Source of the DNA: Alphaproteobacteria bacterium
GTDB taxonomy: Bacteria > Pseudomonadota > Alphaproteobacteria > Paracaedibacterales > VGCI01
Assembly: GCA_016870095.1 (NCBI GenBank)
Contig: VGCI01000001.1
Location: 266,922-330,921 of the forward strand
Direction of reading: 5' to 3'
Length of the DNA stretch: 64,000 bases
Numbering within the stretch: position 1 is the first letter of the stretch; every line of letters starts with the position of its first letter. Position numbers and translations under genes: made by a program. Below are positions 18,334 through 29,681 of the stretch, one piece after another. The notes beneath the pieces are model-generated. The model did not search any database. It was not told where the DNA came from and saw nothing but the letters and a program-made list of their open reading frames with translations.

Positions 18334-20136
18334 TTAATCATCACCCATCTTTAAGGCGGCAATAAAAGCACTTTGAGGAATTTCGACATTTCCGAATTGA
18401 CGCATGCGCTTTTTACCTTTTTTCTGTTTATCAAGCAGTTTTCGCTTACGGCTTATATCTCCACCATAACACTTAGCGGTAACGTCTTTACGCATAGCGG
18501 AAATGGTTTCTCGCGCAATAACCTTTCCGCCAATGGCAGCTTGAATAGCAATTTTAAACAATTGTCTGGGTATTAATTCTTTAAGGCGTTCGCATAAAAC
18601 ACGACCCCTTGCTTCGGCACGACCTCTATGAATGATCATGGATAAGGCATCAACCGGTTCTGCATTAACCAAAATACTAACTTTAACAACGTCACTTTCG
18701 CGGTAACAATCAAGGTGATAATCAAAGGAAGCATAGCCTTTGCTGACGGATTTCAATCGATCATAAAAATCAAAAACCACTTCGTTTAATGGCAAACGAT
18801 AGACAACCATGGCGCGATTTCCGGCATAGGTAAGGTCAATCTGTTCTCCTCGACGCTCTGTGCACAAGGTAAGAATTGACCCCAAGTAAGTATCTGGCAC
18901 CAAAATAGTTGCGCGAATCCAGGGCTCTTCAATCATGGAAATTTTCATAATATCGGGCATATCGGAGGGATTATGTAATTCTTTCATCGTGCCATTTGTC
19001 ATATGTAAGCGGTAGACAACGCTCGGCGCGGTAGTGATAAGGTCAAGATCAAATTCTCTTTCGAGACGTTCTTGAATAATTTCCAAATGGAGCAATCCCA
19101 GAAATCCACATCGAAATCCATACCCAAGAGCGGTTGAGCTTTCTGCCTCAAATTGAAAGCTGGCATCATTAAGTTGCAAACGCCCTAAGCTTTCTCGTAA
19201 ATGGTCAAAGTCTGCAGCATCTACAGGAAACAAGCCGCAAAAAACAACAGGTACAGAAGGTTTAAATCCAGGGAGTGGGTCTAGAGTTGGACGACGTTCT
19301 TCTGTAAGGGTGTCCCCAACCTTACAATCAGCGACATGTTTGATGCTGGCCGTTATAAAACCAACTTCTCCAGGTAAAAGTTTGTCGACAAGTACTTTCT
19401 TAGGTGTAAAGACCCCAACCCGTTCAACCTCATAGGTTCCACCGGTACCCATCATGCGAATTTTTGCCCCTTTGGTAAGGATGCCGTCTTTAATACGGAC
19501 TAAGATCATTACCCCGAGATAGGCATCATACCAACTATCAACCAGCATGGCTTTTAGAGGAGCATTGACTTCTCCTTTTGGAGCCGGTAAGCGGGTGACG
19601 ATGCCCTCAAGAACATCTTCAATACCAATCCCTGTTTTGGCTGAAATCATAAGAGCATCACTGGCATCAATTCCAATGACATCTTCAATCTGGGCTTTAA
19701 CACGTTCGGGTTCGGCTGCGGGTAGGTCAATTTTGTTGAGAATGGGTATAATTTCATGATTATTATCGATAGCTTGATAAACGTTCGCGAGAGTTTGGGC
19801 TTCAACGCCCTGACTAGCATCCACAATAAGAAGGGAACCTTCACACGCGGCTAAAGAACGACTAACCTCATACGCAAAGTCTACGTGTCCGGGGGTATCC
19901 ATCAAGTTCAGGGTATAAATTATCCCATCTTTTGCCTTATAATTTAAACGCACAGTTTGGGCTTTAATTGTAATGCCGCGTTCCCGCTCGATATCCATTG
20001 AGTCGAGAATCTGCTGTTTCATTTCTCGGATTTCTAAACCGCCACAAAATTCAATCAAGCGATCTGCTAGTGTAGATTTTCCGTGGTCGATGTGGGCAAT
20101 AATCGAAAAATTTCGAATGGTTGACAAGTCTGTCAT
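18334..20136 (-). CDS. lepA: Elongation factor 4 (LepA)
   Basis: GTPase G1 [10 protein letters not shown] and G3 DTPGHVDF. 600 aa with the LepA C-terminal region. ATGA overlap with the pheT stop. Confidence 0.97.
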   Translation of the reverse strand: MTDLSTIRNFSIIAHIDHGKSTLADRLIEFCGGLEIREMKQQILDSMDIERERGITIKAQTVRLNYKAKDGIIYTLNLMDTPGHVDFAYEVSRSLAACEGSLLIVDASQGVEAQTLANVYQAIDNNHEIIPILNKIDLPAAEPERVKAQIEDVIGIDASDALMISAKTGIGIEDVLEGIVTRLPAPKGEVNAPLKAMLVDSWYDAYLGVMILVRIKDGILTKGAKIRMMGTGGTYEVERVGVFTPKKVLVDKLLPGEVGFITASIKHVADCKVGDTLTEERRPTLDPLPGFKPSVPVVFCGLFPVDAADFDHLRESLGRLQLNDASFQFEAESSTALGYGFRCGFLGLLHLEIIQERLEREFDLDLITTAPSVVYRLHMTNGTMKELHNPSDMPDIMKISMIEEPWIRATILVPDTYLGSILTLCTERRGEQIDLTYAGNRAMVVYRLPLNEVVFDFYDRLKSVSKGYASFDYHLDCYRESDVVKVSILVNAEPVDALSMIIHRGRAEARGRVLCERLKELIPRQLFKIAIQAAIGGKVIARETISAMRKDVTAKCYGGDISRKRKLLDKQKKGKKRMRQFGNVEIPQSAFIAALKMGDD

Positions 20137-22508
20137 GATTTTCTGAGCACTCCACCCGTAGCCTTAGATACATTTGCAACAATCCTATCACAGACATCTG
20201 TGATTTGCGCATCAGTTAAAGTGCCTGTTTGCGGTTCCAGGCGAACTTGGATGGCTAAAGACTTTTGGTTCTTTTCTAGCTTTTCTCCCTTATAAACATC
20301 AAAGATATGAATTGCTGAAATTAAGTCTCGATCCACTTTCCCAATGGCTTTAACCAACTGGTCTGCGGAAATGGTATCATCAACAACGAAAGCAAAATCA
20401 CGGGTAACTGGCTGATAAGGAGAAAGATGAAGTGTTGATTTCTTTATCCGTAACGGCGGAAGTTGATCCAGAAAAACTTCAAAACCAACAAAGACACCGT
20501 CTCCGGAGAGCTGGGAAATCAGTAAAGGATGAATTTCCCCGAAAATAGCGAGGACTCGATTACCTTGTTTAAAGGTGCCTTTACGTCCAGGATGATAATA
20601 TTCCGGTCCAGTGGGCGCAATTTGGAGAGAAGATTCTGATATACCCAAGGTATTTAGGATGGCAAGAGCATGGGCTTTGGCATCGAAGACACTAAAAGTT
20701 CGAGGTGTTTGTTCCCAATGGCGGGGACCTGTTTGTCCAGCTAACAGACCTGCTGCCACAAGACGTTGTCCTTCAAGTTCATATTGAGGACCCACTTCAA
20801 ATAATTCAATCGACCCTTGAGCCCGATCTTGGTTACGAATAGTGATTTGAATTAAATTTGGAATAATGGAGGGGCGCATGTATCCCAATTCGACACTGAT
20901 GGGATTTAATAGTCGTAGAGTTGGGTCACCTCCCCCAAATTTAACAGCTAACGCTTCTTCCATAAAAGACCAGGTTATTACTTCATTCAACCCCCGTGAT
21001 GCTAAGACTCGTTTGGCAACAAACGGAATGGAAGTTGTTTGGCTTTTCAAATGTGTGGCAGGTAAAGGTTCTTCAACTATATGATTATAACCTTTGAGTC
21101 GTAAGACTTCTTCCACCAAATCAGCCGGACCTTCAATATCTAAGCGGTAAGTTGGAGCGTGAACGGTAACTTGCTCGGCGTTTGAAGAAAGTATAGAAAA
21201 TTCTAGGGATTCTAAATATCCTTTAGCTTCTTCCATAGGAATGTTAATTCCACTGAGAGAGGCTAATTTGCTTTTTGTCAAAGTAATGGGGACAGATTGG
21301 GAAGGTGTCTGTGGTGTAGTATGACTTGCCACCCCTTCTTCACTAACTGTTCCACCGCACCATTGTAAAACAAGATCTATGGCTGCATCTAATCCTGGCC
21401 GAATGCTATGAAAATCAACACCTCTTTCAAAACGTGTTCGCGCATCGCTTAAGATGGAAAGGGCGCGACCCGTATTGGCTGTGCGAATGGCATCAAATGC
21501 CCCACATTCAATAAGAACATCAACCGTGTCTTCCAAACATCCCGTACTTGCGCCTCCCATAATTCCGCCAAGCGAAATGGGGCCTGAATCATCAGAAATG
21601 ATGCACATTCCATTTTCAAGACTATAGTCTTTGCCATTAAGGGCGGCGAGTGTTTCGCCAGCTTTGGCTTTTCGAATGGTTAGATTTCCCTTCACTTTTG
21701 CCAAATCAAATACGTGTAAAGGCCTTCCTAAATCAAAAGTCAAATAGTTGGTCATATCAACTAGGGCAGAAATGGGACGCAAACCTATAGCTCGAAGTCT
21801 TCTTTGAATCCAATCAGGGCTAGGACCATTTCGAACTCCTTTAATGACTTGGAACTGAAAGTCTTGACATCCCTCGCTGTCCTCAATTTTTACTTGTATT
21901 GGGCATGGGAATACCCCTTTGGTAGGTTTATATGATAAAGGTTTTAATTTACCAATGCCGCTTGCTGCTAAATCTCGTGCAACACCTCTAATACCAAAAC
22001 AATCAGAACGGTTGGGTGTGATTGCAATATCAATAATAGGATCTGATAACCCCAATGCTTCGGCTAAAGGTGTGCCTGGAACGAGGGAGGGGTCAAGATC
22101 TAGAATACCATCGGCGTCTTGGCCAAGTTCTAATTCTGTGGCAGAGCAGAACATTCCTAGACTTTCAACATCCCGGATTTTGCCCTTTTTCAAAATAGTT
22201 CCTGTAGCTGGAATGGTCACACCAACAGGGGCAAATGCCACTTTCATGCCTTGTCGCACGTTAGATGCCCCACAGACAACTTGGATGCGCTCTCCTGTTC
22301 CGGCATCTGCAAAACATAAGCTTAAGCGATCAGCATTGGGATGACGATCAGCTTCGATAACAGTGGCAATAATAAATCCTTTATACTTTTCAGCAGGATC
22401 GTCAATGCTTTCGACTTCCAAACCTAAGGTTACGAGCTTGTCCGCAATTTCAGATAGGGAAGCAGTTGTTTCCAAATGATCTTTTAACCAGGATAAGGTA
22501 AATTTCAT
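20133..22508 (-). CDS. pheT: Phenylalanine--tRNA ligase beta subunit
   Basis: Start trimmed to the ATG at 22508 ([14 protein letters not shown]), the canonical PheT N-terminus. About 791 aa, downstream of pheS. Confidence 0.95.
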   Translation of the reverse strand: MKFTLSWLKDHLETTASLSEIADKLVTLGLEVESIDDPAEKYKGFIIATVIEADRHPNADRLSLCFADAGTGERIQVVCGASNVRQGMKVAFAPVGVTIPATGTILKKGKIRDVESLGMFCSATELELGQDADGILDLDPSLVPGTPLAEALGLSDPIIDIAITPNRSDCFGIRGVARDLAASGIGKLKPLSYKPTKGVFPCPIQVKIEDSEGCQDFQFQVIKGVRNGPSPDWIQRRLRAIGLRPISALVDMTNYLTFDLGRPLHVFDLAKVKGNLTIRKAKAGETLAALNGKDYSLENGMCIISDDSGPISLGGIMGGASTGCLEDTVDVLIECGAFDAIRTANTGRALSILSDARTRFERGVDFHSIRPGLDAAIDLVLQWCGGTVSEEGVASHTTPQTPSQSVPITLTKSKLASLSGINIPMEEAKGYLESLEFSILSSNAEQVTVHAPTYRLDIEGPADLVEEVLRLKGYNHIVEEPLPATHLKSQTTSIPFVAKRVLASRGLNEVITWSFMEEALAVKFGGGDPTLRLLNPISVELGYMRPSIIPNLIQITIRNQDRAQGSIELFEVGPQYELEGQRLVAAGLLAGQTGPRHWEQTPRTFSVFDAKAHALAILNTLGISESSLQIAPTGPEYYHPGRKGTFKQGNRVLAIFGEIHPLLISQLSGDGVFVGFEVFLDQLPPLRIKKSTLHLSPYQPVTRDFAFVVDDTISADQLVKAIGKVDRDLISAIHIFDVYKGEKLEKNQKSLAIQVRLEPQTGTLTDAQITDVCDRIVANVSKATGGVLRKS

Positions 22509-22512
22509 GGGG

Positions 22513-23550
22513 TTACGCTCCTGGCGCAAAATAGGGAGAAAATCCATAGTGCTTTAACCACCGCGTATCTCCTTCAAAAAATGGACGTAAATCTGGTAAG
22601 CCATATTTTAACATTGCAATTCGATCTAATCCCATCCCCCATGCAAAACCCTGATATTCTTCAGGATCAATTCCACAGTTGAGAAGGACTTTAGGGTGAA
22701 CCATGCCACAGCCTAGAATTTCTAACCATCCTTTTCCTTCTCCAATTTTTAATGTGCCCCCTTCTCGAGAACATTGAATATCCACTTCAGCTGATGGTTC
22801 GGTGAAGGGAAAAAAGCTAGGACGAAAGCGCATGGGTAGGTCATCAATTTCAAAGAAATGACTCAAGAAACCACTTAAGGTGCTTTTCAAATGACCCATG
22901 TGGATTCCTTTATCGACTACCAACACTTCTAACTGATGAAACATAGGGGTATGGGTTGCATCAAAATCAGACCGATATACACGACCCATACACAAAATGC
23001 GAATGGGTGGCTGGGTTGATTTCATTGTTCGGATTTGAATAGGAGATGTTTGGGTTCGAAGCAAACGATCCACACCATTTAAATAAAATGTATCATGGGA
23101 TTGTCGAGCCGGGTGATGAGCGGGGATATTCAAGGCAGTAAAGTTATGTTCCTCATCCTCAATGTCGGAGCCTTCTGCAACGGTAAAACCAGCTTTTGCA
23201 AAATAGGCAGAAACTTCTTCAATGGTTCGGGTGAGGGGGTGCAGAGTGCCGATAGCTTCGGGTCTTGGTGACAAGGTAATGTCTACAGCTTCTTTTGCTA
23301 ATTTATCTGTTAGAGCATGGGCCGCAAGATGAATACGTTTTTCTTCTAAACATAAGAGTATCCCATCCTTCACCTGGTTAATCTCGGCACCTTTTTCCCG
23401 CCGTTGTTCGGCATCCAAAGTTCCCAATGTCTTAAGCATTTGTGTAATTTCACCGGATTTGCCCAAAAGACGAAGGCGTACATCTTCTAGATCTTTCAAT
23501 GATTGACAGTGATTGATCTCGTCTTTCCAGCTTTGTAAGCCTTGGCTCAT
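22513..23550 (-). CDS. pheS: Phenylalanine--tRNA ligase alpha subunit
   Basis: Class II aaRS motifs (FPFTEPSAEVD, GWAWGMGLDRIAMLKYG). Start is either the ATG at 23550 or the GTG at 23595, and I favour 23550. Confidence 0.93.
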   Translation of the reverse strand: MSQGLQSWKDEINHCQSLKDLEDVRLRLLGKSGEITQMLKTLGTLDAEQRREKGAEINQVKDGILLCLEEKRIHLAAHALTDKLAKEAVDITLSPRPEAIGTLHPLTRTIEEVSAYFAKAGFTVAEGSDIEDEEHNFTALNIPAHHPARQSHDTFYLNGVDRLLRTQTSPIQIRTMKSTQPPIRILCMGRVYRSDFDATHTPMFHQLEVLVVDKGIHMGHLKSTLSGFLSHFFEIDDLPMRFRPSFFPFTEPSAEVDIQCSREGGTLKIGEGKGWLEILGCGMVHPKVLLNCGIDPEEYQGFAWGMGLDRIAMLKYGLPDLRPFFEGDTRWLKHYGFSPYFAPGA

Positions 23551-23649
23551 AAAATTTCTACCCTTAAACGTTAACGGAATATCTTTTTTTAGCACAGAGT
23601 TTCTTTCGGACTCAATGTGAATGGTGTTTTTTATTTCACCAGAGTTATT

Positions 23650-24897
23650 TTAATGATGTGCCTTTTGATAAGACCCCATCAAATTTTGCTCTAAAGAATG
23701 GTTTGTGTCCGCAGTATCTCCTCCCTTAAAAATATTAGATTTCAAAAGGAATAGAGTAAAAAGAGTACTGAGTCCAAAGATCATCAAAACCAGAAGAGCA
23801 ATGCGTAAGGAATGACCATTATAGCAATAACCTGTTACGGCTACCATGCCAAAACAAACCAGTGATCGCATACTCATGATGAGTGAGGAAGATGTTCCCT
23901 TGATTTCAGGAAAAATCTCAAGTGAAGCTCCAAAAATTACGGGGTAGGAAATGGCCGACCCCAAACAAACAAGGCTCATAAAAAGAGTTGTCAAAATGGG
24001 TGAAGTGGGAAACATAATGGATGATCCTACGAGAGCCACTGACCCGACGAGTGAGATAAGCATTCCTAGGTTTACACTTTTTCTAGCTCCAATTTTGTGA
24101 GTAATTTTTCCCGAAAATAAACTCACCACTGCAAAGGTGATAAGAATGACCGCTTGATGAAAAACATATTCCATTACAGAAAGCTGGAATGTTTCCGTGT
24201 AAAGAAATGAAGCTTGAGCAATAAAGGACAAATAAATGCCGTAAAGCATGCTGGGCACTATAGAGGCACAAAAAAATGGAAAATTTGTAAGCAATTGGAT
24301 GTAGTCTAGACCAATTTTTTGAGGGCGGAAAGGTTCTTGAGATTTTTTAGTTTCTGGGAGTGTGAAGACAAGAAAAATCCAAGACACAAGACAAATGAGA
24401 GCAACAACACCATAGTTACCACGCCAACTAACGGCTTCATTGATAAATCCTCCTAATAGGGGGGCAAAAGCCATAATACCCGTGAAGACAGCATTCATAA
24501 TCCCTAAGAGGGCCGCGGATTTTTCTTTTCCTGGGTAAACATCGGCAATCATGGCAAATGCAACAACAGCGGAAGCGGCGGCACCAATACCTTGCAGAAA
24601 ACGGGTAGCAAGTAAAAAGGGGATAGAAGGGGCAATAACACATCCCACAGCGCCAATGAGTAAAATGCCATTTCCCCAAAGCATAATAGGCCTGCGACCA
24701 TAACTATCAGATAATGGACCATAGGCAAGCGCTCCTATTCCAAATCCTAGTAAATTATAGGCAATGGTCATCTGAATGATGTCACCTGAAACATTGAAAT
24801 AATGAGCCATATCTGGAAAACTAGGGACTGAAATATCTACTTCTATACAGCAAGCGACAATAGACAAAATAATAAGGGGTAAAAAGAAGCGAGGCAT
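23650..24897 (-). CDS. MFS transporter, Bcr/CflA (DHA1) drug-efflux-like
   Basis: 415 aa, about 12 hydrophobic helices, with an MFS loop-2/3 motif (GPLSDSYGRRP). Confidence 0.8.
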   Translation of the reverse strand: MPRFFLPLIILSIVACCIEVDISVPSFPDMAHYFNVSGDIIQMTIAYNLLGFGIGALAYGPLSDSYGRRPIMLWGNGILLIGAVGCVIAPSIPFLLATRFLQGIGAAASAVVAFAMIADVYPGKEKSAALLGIMNAVFTGIMAFAPLLGGFINEAVSWRGNYGVVALICLVSWIFLVFTLPETKKSQEPFRPQKIGLDYIQLLTNFPFFCASIVPSMLYGIYLSFIAQASFLYTETFQLSVMEYVFHQAVILITFAVVSLFSGKITHKIGARKSVNLGMLISLVGSVALVGSSIMFPTSPILTTLFMSLVCLGSAISYPVIFGASLEIFPEIKGTSSSLIMSMRSLVCFGMVAVTGYCYNGHSLRIALLVLMIFGLSTLFTLFLLKSNIFKGGDTADTNHSLEQNLMGSYQKAHH

Positions 24898-25078
24898 TTA
24901 AATAGCTTTCTATAATTTATAAAATTAGGATAACGGCAGAATGTGCCAATTCATGTAAACGGTAGGGAAGGGATAAATTGAGATAATCAAGTTTATTGCT
25001 GCTATAATTATGGTATTGCCATATATTGTCAAGTCTTATTGAAAATATCGATTAATGGTTATTTTATATTCACTTTTC

Positions 25079-25723
25079 TTATCCACCGTCTTTATGGTCT
25101 TCATCCTTTTGTAAAAATTTTACAATTGGGTAATTTTCATTACCTATCTGGCTTGTGCCCACATCTATTTGGATAGTCGTTGCTTCTTTAAGCCGAAACC
25201 ATGTGCAAGAGGATAGTAAGTGCTCGCTATGATGGGACCGTCTCATATTAGTCTGTTTCATTGAATTATTAGAGAAAAAAGGCCTTATAAGAACAGATTG
25301 TAGAGGGCTGTCATTTAAAAGATCACCTGTTGACCAGATGACTTTAAGAAATACCTCATTCGAATCTATTTGATTATAAAAAACAAGCCCCTGATTGGCT
25401 TGACTATCCCTGCATGGCCACAAGGGAAGCACGGGAATAACAATAGTTTTTTTCTCCCCCGGATTAATGGTTATTATATTGGAACTTGCCATTGATTTGC
25501 CGGATGTTTGTTTAAGCAGAAAAAAACCGAGTTGAACATGGAATTTTTTTCCCTTACCTTCAGTCCCATTATCGCAAAGACTCCCATTTATATTATGGAG
25601 AACAATTTCTTTAACGGTTAGACGAGGAGTATTACTATCTTCTTCACACTCCATCGCTCTCACAACAGAAGGGAAAATGAGAAGTATAATGACGAACAAT
25701 ATTTGTATTTGCTTTAAAATCAT
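25079..25723 (-). CDS. Orphan secreted protein, unknown function
   Basis: 214 aa with signal-like N-terminus MILKQIQILFVIILLIFPSVVRA. No recognised motif. Own flanking spacers of 181 and 87 bp. Confidence 0.5.
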   Translation of the reverse strand: MILKQIQILFVIILLIFPSVVRAMECEEDSNTPRLTVKEIVLHNINGSLCDNGTEGKGKKFHVQLGFFLLKQTSGKSMASSNIITINPGEKKTIVIPVLPLWPCRDSQANQGLVFYNQIDSNEVFLKVIWSTGDLLNDSPLQSVLIRPFFSNNSMKQTNMRRSHHSEHLLSSCTWFRLKEATTIQIDVGTSQIGNENYPIVKFLQKDEDHKDGG

Positions 25724-25810
25724 TTATCTAATTCAACATTTTATGGTTTATTTTTAAAGTATACTCCTTTAATGCGCCTATAGGGTATAAAAGATAATTA
25801 TTTAAAAAAA

Positions 25811-26698
25811 TCAAGTCCAACTGACCATTGGCGGTAAAGACATGAGAATTGCATCAATATTTCCGTCAGTTTTAAGACCAAAATGTGTTCCTCGATCGTA
25901 AAGAAGATTGAACTCAACGTATCGGCCACGCTTAATCATTTGTTTTTGTTTATCAGCTTCTGACCAAGGTTTGTGCATATGACGGCGCACTAAGGCGGGA
26001 TAAATGGTTAAGAAAGCTTCTCCAACATCTCGTGTGAAAGCAAAATCTTTCTCAAAGTCAGCTGAAGTATTTCCACTTGATAATTGATCATAAAAAATTC
26101 CCCCAATCCCGCGGGGTTCTTTACGATGAGGTAAATAAAAATATTCATCACACCAAGCTTTGAACCGAGGGTAATAATCCGGATTATGAGCATCACACGC
26201 AGTGCGATATGCATTGTGAAAATCCGTTGTATCTTGGTCAAATTCAAAAGTTGGCGTGAGGTCAGAGCCTCCCCCAAACCAGGAATGTGTGGTAACAATA
26301 TGCCGCGTATTCAAATGAATAGCAGGAATAAAGGGATTAAGGGGATGTATAACTAAGGAAATGCCACTGGCCCAAAATCGAGGGTCATCTGTTGCTCCCG
26401 GAATCTCTTTGGCAAATTGAGGAGAAAATTCTCCATAAACCGTTGAAATATTGACCCCAGCTTTTTCAAAAACACGTCCTTTGAGTATTGCCATTGTTCC
26501 TCCCCCTAAGTCTTCATCAGGGTGAAGAGCACTTTTGCGCTTCCAGTTTTCTCGAGAAAAACGACCTGCGTCTAAGTATTTTGGGGGTAAATTAAGCGTT
26601 ACAGCTTCATCTTCTATTTCCTCTAACAAAGCACAAATTCGTCCCTGTAAGCTTGAAAACCAAGTATGCAGTTTTATTTTTTGGTCAATGGTTGTCAT
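25811..26698 (-). CDS. hemF: Oxygen-dependent coproporphyrinogen III oxidase
   Basis: 295 aa with WFGGGSDLTP and RRGRYVEFNLLYDRGTHFGL motifs. Confidence 0.95.
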   Translation of the reverse strand: MTTIDQKIKLHTWFSSLQGRICALLEEIEDEAVTLNLPPKYLDAGRFSRENWKRKSALHPDEDLGGGTMAILKGRVFEKAGVNISTVYGEFSPQFAKEIPGATDDPRFWASGISLVIHPLNPFIPAIHLNTRHIVTTHSWFGGGSDLTPTFEFDQDTTDFHNAYRTACDAHNPDYYPRFKAWCDEYFYLPHRKEPRGIGGIFYDQLSSGNTSADFEKDFAFTRDVGEAFLTIYPALVRRHMHKPWSEADKQKQMIKRGRYVEFNLLYDRGTHFGLKTDGNIDAILMSLPPMVSWT

Positions 26699-26710
26699 TT
26701 GTTATCTCCA

Positions 26711-27166
26711 TTATTGATGTGTATTCAATTGACGCATACCCTCTCCAACAACCATCGCAGCTGCCAAAGAAACATTTAAGGATCGACAGTGGGGTACCAT
26801 AGGAATAAGAAGACGTTGGGGAATAAGGTGAAATATATCTTCAGGAACCCCTGAGCTTTCTTGTCCCATTAATAAAATATCATTCGAATGAAACGAGAAA
26901 TCTGTATAGGGCATTTCAGCTTGGGCATCTAAAAGTATAATTCTGTGATTTACAGCTTGTGTCCATTCATAAAAATTATCCCAAGTTGTGTGATGCTGAA
27001 CCGTTGCGATATCGGCATAATCCATACCTGCTCGTCGCAAACGACGATCATCAAATACAAATCCGCACGGGTGTATAATATCAAGGTGAAGGCCCATACA
27101 AGCACATAATCGCATTAATGTTCCTGTATTCTGGGGAATTTCTGGCTGATAAAGGGCAAGACGCAT
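26711..27166 (-). CDS. trmL: tRNA (cytidine/uridine-2'-O)-methyltransferase TrmL (SpoU family)
   Basis: Start trimmed to the ATG at 27166 (MRLALYQPEIPQNTGTLMRLCA). Motifs GQESSGVP and SLNVSLAAAMVVGE. The longer ORF-track start would overlap lptD. Confidence 0.88.
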   Translation of the reverse strand: MRLALYQPEIPQNTGTLMRLCACMGLHLDIIHPCGFVFDDRRLRRAGMDYADIATVQHHTTWDNFYEWTQAVNHRIILLDAQAEMPYTDFSFHSNDILLMGQESSGVPEDIFHLIPQRLLIPMVPHCRSLNVSLAAAMVVGEGMRQLNTHQ

Positions 27167-27176
27167 CGTCAAATAC

Positions 27177-29675
27177 CTAGAGTAAATTATTGGCATTGAT
27201 CCCCAAAGTGCCAAGAGGGTCAATGGATCCTAAATTCTTGAAATCAAATTGCACTATGAAGCCAGAATTGGGACGAATGTCTCTGTCTAATGAGCGCGTT
27301 TTAAAAGCACTTAAAGTCATGCGAAAACATTCATCGTGATAAAGAGCAGAAACCGTATGCGATAAGGCTCCTCGTTGATGCTTTTTTAAGTTCCGTGTTT
27401 CTCCAAGGGAAAAACTCCAATGTTCCACCGGGTTGGAACCAACAATCCACGTTGCTTGAGAAATACCTACATCATTGACGGTCGATTTTTTGTTTACATA
27501 TGTATGATTTAATTGGAAAATTAGTAATTTTTTGCCAAAAATTGCAGATGTATCCGAAATACGCGGGCGCAATCGGTTCTTATCCATTGCCATGCGATTA
27601 AGTATTTGAATGCTCTGTATAGGATTGACACGTAAGCGGCTGACAATATCGGAAGCTCGTTTATCTTCACCACAGAAACGACTCGGTAAAACTTGATGTT
27701 TATCGAGGCGAATGCTTTGGCCCAAGAAAATTTGAATTAAGCGTTTCTCAGGGAAAAACCAAGTGGAATTTCCTCCATATATAAATCTCCCTCCCGTATC
27801 CACACGGTCCAATCCAGAAAATCGTTGAGCTAAGAATAGGGATGTATCTTCAATTTGCACATTCAACGAATCTTCATTGGGAATAGAAGAATTATTGACG
27901 CGTGTTGTACCCACAATCATTGCTGTAGGTTCGAGAACCCAATCTGAGTAACTGAGACGCTTGATTAAAGGGTAACGCCACTGAGCTGAAGCTGTAGGAA
28001 AAAATCGCCCTTTAAAGGTTGAGGAAAGCACAGGTTTGTTCCTTGCAGGTTGGTAGTGTTCAAGGGCATAAGAATCACTGCGCAAAGTCATATTTAATGC
28101 CCAAATATGTCCGGTAGATGTTACATAGGGAACCCGCCAACCGCCTGTGAGGGATAATCTTTGCATATGACGGGCATTTTGTCCGGGAGTATCTCGACGC
28201 CGCCCTAGAGAGAGAAGGTTTGCATCAAAATTCCATATTCCGTTCCACTGTCCCGGATCTGTTTGATAATTATACCAGGCATGAGGAAGGAGATAGGGGG
28301 TTGTATTTGGATTGTCAGTTTGGAATACAGTTGCACGAACCACGGCGTAATTGTGGTCTTGAAATTGCTCTAAGGAAGCTGTGCTGGCCATGTTTTTTGT
28401 TGGATATTTTAGACGAAAACCTTGAGGAAAGATAGGATAGCGCCGTAGATATGTCGTATCACTTGCGCGATTAATATCAAAAGTTGCAACACTTTCATCA
28501 TTAAGTTCAAATCGTCCTTGAGTATAGATATGCCAACGATCTTTTCCTGGTAACTTTGAGCCCTTTGTAATGTGTTTTAAATCACGGGTTTGTGTGTAGC
28601 TTGTGCTGGCGGTAAAATCACCATCTCGAAAACGATGGCGATATTCAGCAACCATGATGGGTCCTTGCTTTGTTGTGATTATGGGGGAAAGTGTAAGATC
28701 ACGATTTGGAGCGATATCATAATAAAAGGGGGTGCTAACGATGAGACCAAGATCTGATATAGAGCCATAAGCCGGCATTAAAAAGCCTGTTTTCCGTTTT
28801 ACCGTTCCGTCCGCATGACGAAAGTAGGGTAAATAAAATACAGGAACACCTGATATTTCAAGGCGAGCATGGTGATAAATGATGATTTGATCCGTTTTGC
28901 TATGAATGATTTTGTCAGCTTTTAATTGCCAAAGTGGCATTTTCTTCGGATTAATTTTACAAACATTACAAGGACTATAAACAGCTTGACGAAAAATAGT
29001 TTTCTTTCCCTGGATACGTCTCGCAAAATTTGCTGCTATTCGGGCGTCATCAGCTGTTAATACCTTAGCATTTTCAATTGTTGCATCTTGTAACTCATTT
29101 GAAAATTCAGCAGAGGAAAAAAACAGAAGATTATAGTTGGAAACAGCAAGATTGTTTTGTTCCTCTAGAGAAAGTGAAGAATAATTTATTTGCTTTCCCA
29201 GTTGAGGTAAATTTAATGGATTGGAAACAATAGTGCCACTTTGCATTAATCTATTGAGAACATAATCTTGATGACTCAAAAATTCATTGTGAGCTTGAAC
29301 GAGAGAGTTTGCTGAAAGCTTTCTTCTCTCGGTTTCTCTTAAGCACACGTTCCCATAGGCAGACATTTGCCCTGTTTTTTTATTGTAAATAACTTTATGG
29401 GCACGAAGAGTGCGATTACCTTGGACGACCTGTACATTGCCCGTGGCATTGACGATATGAGTTTCTTGATTGTAGTCGATTTTTTCTGCATTTAATATAA
29501 TGGGGGGCTTCTCATCAAGTGTAGCTAATGAGTCTTCATCATTTTTAAAAGCATTTAGCTTGTTAGTAACTTCATTTTTTTTCCTACCAGATGTTGTGGA
29601 CGCAGTTGAGAGAAGCGTCAACAATAGCAAATTGAAGATCACAAATACGGAGAAAAAACGAGAATAAATACTCAT
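27177..29675 (-). CDS. lptD: LPS-assembly outer membrane protein LptD
   Basis: 832 aa with signal peptide, N-terminal OstA-like region and a large beta-barrel. Lies immediately downstream of lptF-lptG. Confidence 0.9.
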   Translation of the reverse strand: MSIYSRFFSVFVIFNLLLLTLLSTASTTSGRKKNEVTNKLNAFKNDEDSLATLDEKPPIILNAEKIDYNQETHIVNATGNVQVVQGNRTLRAHKVIYNKKTGQMSAYGNVCLRETERRKLSANSLVQAHNEFLSHQDYVLNRLMQSGTIVSNPLNLPQLGKQINYSSLSLEEQNNLAVSNYNLLFFSSAEFSNELQDATIENAKVLTADDARIAANFARRIQGKKTIFRQAVYSPCNVCKINPKKMPLWQLKADKIIHSKTDQIIIYHHARLEISGVPVFYLPYFRHADGTVKRKTGFLMPAYGSISDLGLIVSTPFYYDIAPNRDLTLSPIITTKQGPIMVAEYRHRFRDGDFTASTSYTQTRDLKHITKGSKLPGKDRWHIYTQGRFELNDESVATFDINRASDTTYLRRYPIFPQGFRLKYPTKNMASTASLEQFQDHNYAVVRATVFQTDNPNTTPYLLPHAWYNYQTDPGQWNGIWNFDANLLSLGRRRDTPGQNARHMQRLSLTGGWRVPYVTSTGHIWALNMTLRSDSYALEHYQPARNKPVLSSTFKGRFFPTASAQWRYPLIKRLSYSDWVLEPTAMIVGTTRVNNSSIPNEDSLNVQIEDTSLFLAQRFSGLDRVDTGGRFIYGGNSTWFFPEKRLIQIFLGQSIRLDKHQVLPSRFCGEDKRASDIVSRLRVNPIQSIQILNRMAMDKNRLRPRISDTSAIFGKKLLIFQLNHTYVNKKSTVNDVGISQATWIVGSNPVEHWSFSLGETRNLKKHQRGALSHTVSALYHDECFRMTLSAFKTRSLDRDIRPNSGFIVQFDFKNLGSIDPLGTLGINANNLL

Positions 29676-29681
29676 GATGTT

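Noticed and set aside
21919-22344. Long ORFs on the opposite strand or in alternate frames inside conserved genes. Examples: 141 aa inside pheT, 125 aa at 44473-44850 inside the acyl-CoA dehydrogenase gene, 117 aa at 39941-40294 inside anmK, 117 aa at 12821-13174 inside pyrG, and 112 aa at 52175-52513.
   Set aside because: All lie entirely within or across genes with strong homology-based calls. They have low-complexity or Pro/Ser/Arg-rich composition typical of antisense frames, and they lack RBS context.
25079-25087. DnaA-box-like ttatccacc (8/9 match to TTATCCACA).
   Set aside because: It is a single imperfect copy overlapping the stop-codon end of the 214-aa gene. There is no cluster of boxes or adjacent AT-rich unwinding element, so it is not evidence for an origin.
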